A stretch of DNA of 64,000 bases from the NCBI GenBank assembly GCA_964304625.1, contig OZ199840.1:3027189-3091188 (forward strand), in the 5' to 3' direction. Under the pieces are notes generated by a model. It was not told the DNA's origin. It saw only the letters and a program-made list of their open reading frames with translations, and ran no database searches. The DNA is from Kudoa neothunni (Eukaryota > Animalia > Cnidaria). The translations under genes were made by a program, and so were the position numbers. This document shows, one piece after another, positions 52,287 to 64,000 of this stretch; positions within the stretch are counted from its first letter, which is position 1; each line of letters opens with the position of its first letter.

Positions 52287-55200
52287 ATGGGAGTTGATCG
52301 TGGTGTAGTAATAGGTGCCGGGTTAGAAACTAGTCGATTATACCACCATTATCGAATGCTAGGGTTGGTTTCCAATCAAGTTAGGGCTGTAATTGAAACA
52401 AGAGGCAGTGAATGTTTTGTTATAAGTTGTACTGGAAAAGTATTCCAAACCTACAACGTAATTTTCTTTTTTCCGGCCACATCCTATTTAACTAATATTT
52501 TTAGTGTGAAAAACTCAATCTAGTTGTCTCAAGTAATTTCCATTGTTTGTAGCGAATTGATTTGGTTGTAATTGCGGGAAAGGTGATGAATTCGAAGAAG
52601 AGATAACTCACCTTCTGATCATTCCCCAAAATGGTCACGTAATCGTTGGATATGGGAAAGGTAGAGTAAAAATTCTTAAACGAGGAACCCAGGTAATTCT
52701 TATCAATGTTCAATGAAATGGTTTTTTTCATTAACAATGTCAAATCGAATTAAGGTGATCGACGAGTTCGAACACCATAGCAAAATCAAGTTAATGATGT
52801 TGGCAGGAGATGCTATTTTGATTGTCGATGAACACAACACAGCAGTTGTTCAAAATCTCCAAAGTCATGGTATTTTTAAAAAAAACAAACCATCATTCAT
52901 TTTTCTATGCAATATTTTCAGAGGTGCTGTTGGAAATGTCGATTGGAAACAATAATTTTGATATAAGTGCAATATGTCATCCATCCACTTATTTGAATAA
53001 AATTTTGTTTGGTGCACACGATGGTTCGTTACAACTATGGAATATTAGAACAGGTCGACTGATTCATAGTTTTGAGAAAAACTGGGATGATGTCGAAATC
53101 ACAGCACTTGTTCAATCCACTGCGGTAGATGTCGTTGCCATTGGGATGGCTAACGGCTACATTTATCTTTTCAACCTTAAAAGTGGATCTGTTCTTTATA
53201 CTTTTCATCAAAGTTATGGTTGTGTTACTTGTATTAGTTTTCGCACAGGTGAGTCATTTATTATGCGCTTCCCATTTGTAGTATATTTATCAAATTAATC
53301 CACATTACAGATGGTTTTGGTTACATGGCTACAGGAAGTCGTGATGGACACATAACAATATGGGATTTGGATCGCAATCAACTTTCCTATTGCATAATGG
53401 AGGCCCATCAATCCGCAGTGACCACTCTTGAATACCTTCCAAATAGTACTATATTGTTGTCTACCAGTGATGACAATTCGATAAAAGTATTAATGTTGGG
53501 TTTTTGGTTGAGTGGAGTCGTATTCATCATTATATTCTAGGAGTGGATTTTTGATGGTAAACCAACCAATGAAAGTCTTTCAGATGAGGGTCATGCCAGA
53601 TTGTACAAGTATAGATCGGGACATTGTTCTCCGATCCAAAAACTCCGTTTCTTCTACTCTAACACCAAATCCACCGTCAACACCAACAATCAGTACACCA
53701 TTCTAAGCTGTGGACAGGACAATTCACTTCGATATTTCAATCTTTATCGAGACGAACAGAATGTAGAAATATCTCAAGGTAAAATAGAGCATCAGTCCAA
53801 AAAGAAAAAGGTGGATTTGGCCGACCTACGTCTCACTAGCATTGTTGATTTTTCTTTTGCTAATCAAAGAGAGCATTTTTGGGACAACTGTGTCACCTGC
53901 CACAAGAAGGACCACTATCCTCGAACGTGGAACATAGGTAATCGTAAAATTGGCAAACACATGCTTGGTTACAACACCAAAAGCTCCTTCAATATTGATG
54001 GTCAATTCCCGTTGGTGTGTGAAATGACCAGATGTGGCAATCTGGCAGTGATCGGTTACAATAAAGGATCAGTTGTGGTGTACAATGTACAGTCGGGACT
54101 TTTCTACAAGGAGTTCACTAATAAAAAAGCTCGAGCGCACAACCACCCTATCGTTGGTCTCTGTGTCGATAGTATCAACAAATATATGGTTAGTGTTGAT
54201 GAAAGTGGTCTGATGAAATTTTGGAATTTCCACAAGTCTATTCAATTGGGTCAACTATACTGCGAGACCGAACGTGTCTACAATGTGAGACTACATCCTG
54301 AGAATCTGTTGATGGCGATTGCTGTTGTTGACACTGATCTTAAGAAAAATTTTATTAAAATTATTGATATTCAATCCCACCAAATAGTTAGAGTTTCTAA
54401 GGATCGCGATTTCAAACACATCAACGATATGTCGTTTACTGCTGATGGCAAATGGTTGATTGTTGCTACCGCGGATGGTCTACTATCTACTTGGGATGTT
54501 GTCACCAATCAATTGATTGATTGTTTTGTCGCAGATCACGTTATCCAATCGATTGATCTTTCCCCTGGTGGAGATTTTTTAGTGCTAGCATACAATGATC
54601 AACGTGGTATTCATGTGATAGCCAACCGGTTTATTTTCGATCCAACTACTATTGTTGTTCCTCTTCCATCCGACTATAACCCATTCCGAAATCAAGCTGC
54701 CATCACCACCAATTCAACTAATTCTAAAGTGACCAATGAAAATAGTGATTGGCAAGCTGTGGTTCAAAAATTTATTAACTCCAAAAAAAACTACAATAAT
54801 GTTTTAATGAAAATTGGTCTTTTCCCCGAATCAAGATGGCTTTCACTGTCCAATATCGATCTTATTAAAGAGAGAAACAAACCCAAACAATCAAAGGTAA
54901 TTCTCAAAAGTGCCCCTTTCTTTCTGCCAACTGTTAGTGGGTTGCAACCCTCATTTGATACAGTTAACAACACTACAGACGGTTCGCATTCAATCAATGC
55001 AAGTGATCTTAGCTCTCGATTCAAACGACTTAAAACCACAGACCCAATTTCCCCACTTGTACAACAATTAAACGAGTACCAGAAAAAGGACAAAAAAGCT
55101 ATGATCAACTTGGTTGAATACCTATCCAAACTTAATCCCTCTATTATTGATTGTGAACTGAATTACTTGTCGGTCGATATGGAAGGTAGCGTGGAAGTTT

Positions 55201-55448
55201 TATTGAAATTTGTTGTATTTTTGGTGGACGTCGTCGATTGGGGACAGTATTTTGAATTCGTTCAAGGATTGCTCAGTTTATTCCTGAAATTACACTCTAA
55301 AACTCTTGCCTCAAATCATTCCATCTTCCAAACAGATTTATCCAATCTGCTAGAATCAGTCGAATATCGTCATAAATGCCTGCATTCTGCAATAAGTCAA
55401 ACATTGTGTATATTAGATTTTATCAAGAGCAACAATATTAGATTTTAA
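52287..55448 (+). CDS. WDR36: WD-repeat protein 36 / Utp21 (SSU processome), 7 exons
   Basis: HPSTYLNKILFG, LQLWNIRTG, STAVDVVAIG, ISFRT|DG, DNSIK|EWIFD, RSGH..P, IKERNKPK...APFFLPT; introns splice in frame. Confidence 0.96.
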
Positions 55449-56182
55449 GATTGTTCCACTCACTTATTAATGCTTATAAGTTGTTTTTGTTAATTATTGT
55501 GAATTTTTGTGCTTATATGTTGGCTAATTTCTATAGAAGTGGCGGTTTTTGAGATGCACATGTCTTTTAATATATAAAAAATAATTAGAAATTAAATCGA
55601 ATTGTTCTCGATTTTAAGATATGATATTTAGAAAAAATGATTTTTTAATTAATATTTAGTCCGCCAACAAATTTATTTGTTGACATAATTTTTTATAATT
55701 GTTGAACGCACTTTGAGCTCTAATTAAAAATAATGGATACACCTGTAGAATTTCTTCGTTAGTAATAACGGATTAGTTTGAATAAAAATTGTAAATTTTA
55801 AATAATACACATCCTGGATTAGATGAAATCTGGAAATTTAGCTTAAATAAAATTCTACTTCAAATATTATTCGTTGAGCAAAAATTTTCAGCTCCTCTTG
55901 CTCGTATATCTTAAAAATGAATTAATTACGAAATCGTCCGTTTTTGCTGCTGTTAATGTTTTCCAAGGATTTAGCATATATTTATAAACAAAGTTATTTT
56001 GTTGTTTTGATTATCATACGTGATTAAATTGTTCCCTATGTTATCTAGAGAGAAACGTAGATCATATAGCTTATTCAAAAGTTTTTCTCGGGAACCAATT
56101 AATCCCTGAATTTTTGGTTCATTCTCCTTTATGACTAATATAACAAAATAAAAAGTGATTTTTGGCACATAAATAATATTCA

Positions 56183-56395
56183 AGTGTTATTAGTTTTGAC
56201 GATATTTAATTATTTCTAGTCTCTGACTGAGAGTGAGAGAGAATGACCAAAAATAATTAAATACAACGTATTATAAAAAATTAAATCTGTATAGATCCTC
56301 GTGAGTAAGAGTTGCTGATTAAAAATTTCAATTGCGCAATCGTACCTGCTTTTTTGGATTAAAATTTACCTTGACAATAGCTTCTGCCTATAAAA
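56183..56395. repeat. Dispersed repeat copy 2
   Basis: Diverged direct-orientation homolog of 50155-50365. Confidence 0.65.
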
Positions 56396-57911
56396 TATGA
56401 TTAGATCGGTAATTTATTGAATAAACTATTAACTATTTTATAATTATTAAGTTATTTAAGTCATAAATTTATTATAGATATATGAACATTGTATTATTAG
56501 AAATACACATATTAAGTCAAAAAACATCTAATTGATAAGTAACTTAGTTAAATATACCCAAAATTTTGATATAAATTGTAAATTATAATGAATCAACTGA
56601 CTTTATTTATTTTAAAAAATTTAAACACATCACGTGGAAATTATGGATGAACAGATTAAATAATCTCTCTTAATGCAAGAAAAAATTCAATGCACGTAAA
56701 TTTATTATATAGATTATAAAAATCTTTAATATGATGGTTTCTATGAAACGAACCACGTAAAGAAGTTGTCATCAACTCGCAAATAATGATGACCAATTTC
56801 TGTAAGACATGCAATCAAAATTGATTTAATATTTCAAAATAAATAATATTTCATCAATTAAAATATTTAACATTTAGAATTTTATAAAAAATTTTAAAAA
56901 AGTTTGAAAGTATGAGGTTCAGGCTAATATATCCGAGAATGTGCACACACCCGACTTTGTCCGAATTAAAATTCTTTTAAAATTTAAGTTATTCTTTAAA
57001 TTAAATTCATATAACCCCGTGTCTTACTAACGAAAAATTATTACGAGCAAATAAATTTTGAAAGATGTGTAATAAATGTTTGTTATTAATAACACACTAA
57101 GACATCACAGAAAGTGTTTTACATTTTCTCAATCTCCCCAACAATAACTTAATTATAATAATCAATATTCAATAAATAAAATATCAAATTTAAAAAAATA
57201 TAATGTGAGCACCTCAGTGGTAAAGTTTCAGAGTTTATCTTAAGTAGGATCAGTTGAAAATACCAAGAATAGAATTGGATATTGTTTTCAAAGGGTCGAT
57301 ATACATACACTCTGTGCATTTTATCGAAATATAATTTACAAATGTTTTCAACTCAATTGTAATAAGATTTCTTTTTTATATACATCTAAAAATTATATCC
57401 GAAGAAGTTCGATCGAAAAAGTAATTAAGGTGTTCAAATAAAGGGATTAATTACTCTGTGCTGATCTGGTGAGATTATATGAATGAAAATACTAATAAAT
57501 ACTATAAGCAATTGAAAACAGTTTAAAGGCTTTAAATTTTGTTTTGTAAATTATAAAACCTATTACGCAATTTGTTTAGATTCGGTATTTTTATTTTGAA
57601 AAGATAAAATAATTGAAAAAGTTATCTTTCTGATAAGGTTCAAATCTGAAATAACTAATACATATTCAATAACATTGAACGTGACGATATTTATATTATT
57701 GGAAAAAATTAAGTTATTAAATTTAATAAGATTATTTTATTTGAGCTGAACCGGTTAGTGAGATTAAAGGCGTGTAATATTTATCGGACTATTGAAAAGC
57801 TAGATTGAAGAATTCGAAATTCGAAATTACCATCCCAACCTTATAACTATTCACGCATTATAGCTGACACCTTAAACCCAATAAATTAAAGTATTTGACG
57901 ATATATTTCAA

Positions 57912-59321
57912 ATGTCAAACATCATACAAGATCGAAAAAACAGCAACGAAAATGATCTTGTTTGTGTGAGGTTGGATCATTCACGACAAGGTCTACATAC
58001 GATAATTGGAGCTAATTTTGAACATATTTTGACATTCAAGAATATATGTGTTATGGATCTATCTCACAACTATTTGAAGACGCTTCCAAATGAACTAGTC
58101 CAGCTGGATATGCTAGAAACTTTGAATTTATCCGACAACAGTATCAAAGATGTGAACAATATCGCCTGGTCACACATGAAGATTCTAACAATTGTGGATT
58201 TGAGTTTTAATGAAATTGAGATTTTTCCTAAAACGTTGGTGGGATCTAAAAGTCTAAAATGTTTAAATCTCCGTCGAAACTATATAAAGAGTGTTCCTTC
58301 CAATATTAAAGAACTTAAGAATTTAGCAGAACTCTATTTGAGAAATAATCATCTAGAAGACCTTCCTGAAGATTTCTTTCAACTGACCAACCTGAAAATA
58401 CTCGATCTAGGATATAATCGAATAAAAATTGTACCAAGTAAAATAGTACATTGTAAGCATTTGGTCGAGTTGGACCTATCCTACAATATAATTTCAGAAT
58501 TGCCAAAAGATATAATCTATCTCAATGAATTGAATAAACTGAATGTGGATCAAAATCCTTTGATAAAACCGCCTATGGACATATGTGCCCTTGGTATGAT
58601 GCATATATTTAAATATTTTGCAAAATTAAATGTTGGCTCCTCATTCCACGCTGACCAGACACAATCTTTGACATCCAGGGCCATTAACGTGGCAAAATAT
58701 ATTTACCAACAGCCATCATCAACACCTACATCTAATAAACTCCATAAATATGCCAGTATGGGTGGAGTCAACGATTTCGATCATGAACTATTTAAAAGTA
58801 GATAGTATTTTATTAATTTTCAATCTAACTATGTTTAGAATTCCAAAGATGGAGGAATGAAAGCAGCATATACGAACTTGATTCAACAAAACACCTATAC
58901 GAAAGTATAATACTCCCTAATAATGACTAAAGTATAGTTATTAAATCATTTTTTAGACCACACTGAACTCTGTCGGAGAGTTGTCAAAGTTATCAATAGC
59001 ACGTTAAGAACTCATTACAAAGAAGAAAACATCATAAACGTATTATTAGATGGATCCATCTTGAATAAATATCTTGCCGAAACAGTCCCGTCGGCCATGA
59101 AATCGCATATTTCCAATTTTTCGAATGCTGCCAGCTATAAAATTTACATGCCTTTGATAACGGAAAGATGGGACAACTTTTTGAAGTGTTCCCTAAAGTT
59201 ACTCAATGAGAAAAGTCCATATAATGACAGTGATATCCTAGCAATATCTAAAAATCCACTAAACCACATTGACATTATTCTTGATGTAATCCTCCTTATT
59301 TATAAAATAAAAGAAATATAA
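57912..59321 (+). CDS. Leucine-rich repeat and calponin-homology domain protein (LRCH-like), 3 exons
   Basis: About 8 LxxLxLxxN repeats in ORF 57912-58805. Two short introns lead in frame to LLDGSILNKYL..TVP...WDNFLKC...DIL, a CH-domain pattern. Confidence 0.8.
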
Positions 59322-59894
59322 TTGATTATTTGATTATCAAAGTATGATTATTATACTTTAGTTTATTTTCTGCTATCCTTGATCACCCATTTACATTGTA
59401 ATGCAGTAAATTCTTGGCTATTCGTTGTAAAATTTTACAATGTTCGTAGTTAAAAAGTATTAACTAGATCATTCGAGATAATCTACAATAGGACTTGGGT
59501 TAACTAAATTCAAAATAATCATTTTGTTATTTTATTTTAAATAAATTTTTCTTGTTTAAATAATTTAAATAACATAACTTTAATTGGAATATTGTATCAT
59601 TATACACTTAACTATTTGCAATTCACCCTCCCCCCTACTCGCCTGTTTTTCATTTAATCTTTTGGACAATTTTTATCAAAAATTAGTTCATATTAACATA
59701 AATTGGTAAATAATTTTAAAATAACAATGCCTGTAAATATAAAATGTAAAATTACAAAATAGAGATGATACAGAACTTATAGGTAACTAGTAATTAATTT
59801 TAAAATAACATGGTCAGTCATGAGCTTTCGTTTCTCCCTTCGGCTGTAAAGCAGCATTAAGCTGTGTCATACATCACTGTCGTTATAATCATCA

Positions 59895-60350
59895 GGAAAA
59901 TATGGCATAGTGGTGTTAGATGTGGCTCGCATACCGTGAGGTTGCTAGTTTAAGGCCTGATCCGTACGCCCCTGTATTCCAAATCCGGAGTTAAACAGGA
60001 AGGCTGTAATAATGGCAGGAATCTACGATTCATCGTGGTCTTGCTTGCAGCTGGGAGGAGAGCCTGGTGGAAGGATAGATCTGAGGCGCTCACAAATGCG
60101 AGAATAAAGGAACCAAATTAAACCCAATTGGGGATTTCAGTGGAGCTGACGCCCGCATTCAGACGACCTTCGCAAACTAATTCAGGGCTAGTCCAGGGTG
60201 CGGCTAGGGGTGATGGTTGCTCCGAAACGAAGATGTTTTGAAAGTTAAAATCCCACACTATCGCATAAATTTAAGTCGCCTTAGTATGACGCTGTGATGC
60301 CTACAACGTGAATGGAGAAGGCCTAACCAGCCCGAAATTCACAACCTAAC
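59895..60350 (+). mobile_element. tRNA-derived SINE-like element
   Basis: Pol III A box TGGCATAGTGG (59903-59913) and decayed B box AGTTTAAGGCC (~59947-59957). GC-rich body; 3' segment ttaagtcgccttagtatgac resembles RTE-type LINE tails. Confidence 0.6.
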
Positions 60351-60538
60351 AAGTTGCGCCAGGAGTTTGACCTTGTAAATAAAAAAACTATAATCTTCCT
60401 TGTCGTATGGTACATAAAATTTCAAAATCACAATTTATTATTGGTTAGCACAATATAATTCAAATATTTTAAATTTATCATTATTAAATTAATGAATAAG
60501 ATTGTCTTTAGAATGTTCTTTGAAAGAGTATTCTAACG

Positions 60539-60905
60539 CAGAGGATCTCAACCGGGGTAAATTAAGTGACATCAAAATCTGATACAGGAAATTTTTGCAT
60601 AATTCGGCTCCTTACATACTTAAGGATTTCTGAAGAATTATACTGATCAGAGCTAATGAACTCAATTAAGATGTTTCCAGAAATGCAAAAAATGGTTTTA
60701 GGAATGTGCGTAACAACTATTTATAAAACTATGAAAAATATCTATCTTTGATGCCTCGATTTTCTTTTAGAGATGAAGCGTAATAATCCTTAAATAAATA
60801 TACAACCTTAAAATAGACATGAATTTAGTTTCCATGTTATGGGGTTAAATTTGGATTTTTCACCAGGCTGAGGGTAAATTTTATAAAAACGGTTGAGAAC
60901 GCCTG
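60539..60905. mobile_element. hAT-type MITE
   Basis: Inverted ends cagaggatctcaaccg / cggttgagaacgcctg with subterminal gggtaaatt repeats; TSD not conserved. Confidence 0.65.
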
Positions 60906-62329
60906 ACTTAAAAGATTAATAAACATTGGAAGATTCCTTCATAGAGGTTATCACAATATCTTACAGGCCCTCTTTTAATTTTGAAACATATCGATAGCAA
61001 TATTGTTTATTCAAAAGTTACAAATTTTTCTCCAAGACAAGAGAAAACAATTAAAATGTATTATGCTAGGAGTTTATCGTATCGTGTGATTTTCTTTAAT
61101 TGTCGCTCACATTTTGTTTGTGTAAGGCAGTATTTCCCAACGCGGCGCATGAAAAAACTTAAGTGAGGCATAGAAATTTTTGAATTTGTAATGAACCGCT
61201 CTGATGGGACCCTAAAAATCCTGAGTATTGGTGTGACGTACTTTTAAATCAATTTCGCGATTTTCGATATGGCTTATTTTCAAGCGACGATTAACGTCAT
61301 AAAGAATACAAAGAATAATTTCTAAATATATACAAATTAATAATAATAATATTTAACGTGTCTTTCGTCCAAATAAAATCAGTTTAGAATCATATACCCA
61401 TTTTTTGATTAAACCTGATGTAATATTGATTAATTTTGTATTTATATTCTTTATTTTATGTTAATTAGCCCCATATACACGAAAGTTTTTCCTAATGAAG
61501 GTTGGATTACCACGAGTTAAATTTGACGCTGTTCTTGACGGAATGAAGAATTAAATATGTTAATTCTTGGAGTCCATCGATAAGTTGTTAGTTCGGTTAG
61601 AATATATTTTAATGTTAATGAGAAAAGAAATGTATGTTAATTGTTTTCAAAGTTCAAGGTGATAAGGAGTTTTATTCAAGTTAAAAAAGTCAATACTCAC
61701 GCAAAAAGTTTTGCACGGAACCTTAGTTCAAGAAAACGTGAGCGCGATAAGAAAAGGATTGGGAAGCAAAATTAAGGTCTCAATTTTTCAAAATACTATT
61801 AAATCAACAATAATAATAATAATAATCATCATCGTCATCATCATCATTGACTGGTATTTAGAAAAACGAATTTTTCGTCCATAAAGAATTAATAAATAGA
61901 AGCGACTAAAGATTATTAATTTCCTAGAGAATTTAAATCTTTTAAAATTTTACGCTTTATTTATTTAGTGAGACAAAATCGAAAATTTATGTAACTAAAA
62001 TATTATATATTAATATTGGCTATATCCAGAGAAATCGTCATCTGAGCCAATAGCTTGTTGAAAGATGAAAATTGCACGGATCCGTGTCATTAGCCAGTTC
62101 CAACAATGTGTGGTCATAAGGATGATCCTCTGCTGGCTAAATTGGACAAAATGAGAATACTTACGCAGCAACAGAAAAAATATCACGCATAAAATATAAA
62201 ATGTTTATAAAGCTACAATCGTTATATTTTGGTGTATGGGTTACAAAAAGCAATACAACAGCCAGTAGCACATGAAAATCAAACTGATTACACATGCAAT
62301 ATAAGCATTGTGCGAATGAGGAGTACGCT

Positions 62330-64000
62330 TTAGATGGCAGTTTCTGGAAAAATTTCGAAATATTTATCGATAATTGTGGTGAAAAACGATGTAAACACAG
62401 GTCCATCCTGGTTGATCATAGTGACAGACTCGATAGCAGGTCTAACAATTGTAGGCCACCAGCATAATGAGAGATTATTGGGCATCATTTGGTTGGTAGA
62501 ACTGTATTTGGATACACTATACAATGGCAATTAAACCAGCAAAAATCATCAAAATGCAATACTTGTTGAGATGTTTCATAAGAGATTTAAATGTTTCAAA
62601 AGAAAACCTATCCAACTGAGAACAAATGGCCTGGATAGTGCCAATAGGTATGTCATTATTTTTCGGTTTATCTACACAATGTATTATAGAAATATGACAA
62701 TAGAGAAACTACTTAGCAACTGAACTAATAGTGCTTGAGGAAACAAAGGCGTTGGAAGTGACTTTATAAAACTTTTTAGAGAACTTGTAAACACATGCAC
62801 ATTATATTCGAGATTGGTAAGATTGATATCGTTATCTAAAGGTGAGATAGATATAGAATAAAAAATTTGATTTATATTTCAGTATTGAATTTATTGGCAC
62901 GACAGAACTAGAATTCTGCAGTGTCTAGATAGGTTTAATGAGCAAGTGGATATTTATGGTAAGTCAGTCTTCCAACTAAACCGCGTTTATAACTCTAGAC
63001 ATCACAAACTAACCTAATCTAACAATTGGAATATTAGGCGTCGTGTCAATAATTTCATTTTTTAATTTGAATTTTGAAAACAATAAATTTACCCTGAGAA
63101 AAACTACTAATGAGTTGATCTATGTTGTGTTTACGCCCACTTAATCGATATAAACCTTCAGTTTGTAGACCGATCTCCTCGATATGTTGGATAACCTTGT
63201 CCATAAATTTGGGCGTGCCGTTTTCACCATCGCAGACATCACACAAAGGTTTTCCAATGAAACCATTATCACAATTATCATTCACATTATAAGAATTAAG
63301 ATCCTTTTTGGTTTTTATAGTACTCCATTGTTCAATTTTATCCAAAACAGACATCGTGTGATTTTTATCGTTCGTAGCTGAGCTATGATTGGGTGGTAAT
63401 GCTCCAATAATGTTAGAATTCAACGTTTGTGAACCTCCAGAAATAAGTCTTTTGGAAGCTTTCGATTTGATATTATTAAACATTTTGTTGAATTGATTGG
63501 AGATCTTGTTTTTATCGGCTAATTTATTTTTTTTCTTTATGGTCGAATTTGGTAGATCATTACCTAGAATATCAAAATATGGTCACGACAATAGAAATAA
63601 TAGGAATACTGTCATTTTTAAGGGTCAACGAAGAATTTTTGCATCCAAGTGATAAGGTATTCAAATAGCCACCAGAGATGATATCAAGGCAATGCTGTGC
63701 ATCGTTTTGATTGGTATCTCCAGATTTATTGGTGTCACTGCTGGTGAGGTCACTGGTGGTTAACGAACCTGACCTAGCGTTGGAAGCGGTGACAATAGAG
63801 GCAGCATTAGTCAATGAGGATTTTGGCGGTTGATGTCGCCGGAGTTTATTGAAACGTTCCGGCTGTTTGTGTTCCTTCATGTTTAATGTACCACCACCAC
63901 CACCACCATGATCACGATCACGATCAATCGAGTTGGAAACCAAATCGATATTACTACTGACTTTATCCGAACCATCATTGATATCATTGTAGGAAAGTAG
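62330..64000 (-). CDS. RhoGAP, p190 (ARHGAP35/ARHGAP5)-like, 3' exons; gene starts beyond the window end
   Basis: GKPL...GLQTEGLYRLSG (arginine finger), KSFIKSLPTPL, KHLNK|VS..S..NQM.PNNLSLCWWPT. The C[FW]WPT signature is typical of p190 GAP domains. Confidence 0.88.

Overview
AT-rich eukaryotic (animal-type) genomic DNA with short GT-AG introns, mostly 35-70 bp. It is not prokaryotic: I see no operons, rRNA or CRISPR. The left ~46 kb is dominated by DNA-transposon debris (hAT/Buster, Tc1/IS630, pogo/Tigger, piggyBac, Merlin, MULE, Ginger-like, a tiny solo LTR), some of it nested. Embedded in it are a tandem family of three minus-strand GDA1/CD39 (NTPDase)-like genes, two tandem PLAC8/cornifelin-like genes and the 3' exons of an RPA49/POLR1E-like gene. 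The right ~17 kb holds conserved genes: hnRNP K-like, WDR36/UTP21, an LRR+CH (LRCH-like) gene and the 3' part of a p190-type RhoGAP. The most striking item is the CD39-like family. Two copies splice into intact 10-exon ORFs that keep the cysteine scaffold and exon structure of CD39. All five apyrase-conserved catalytic motifs are lost, and a Ser/Thr-rich stalk has been added before the C-terminal membrane anchor. This suggests a diverged family of catalytically dead surface pseudoenzymes. All gene models and family calls were made by eye, without database searches.
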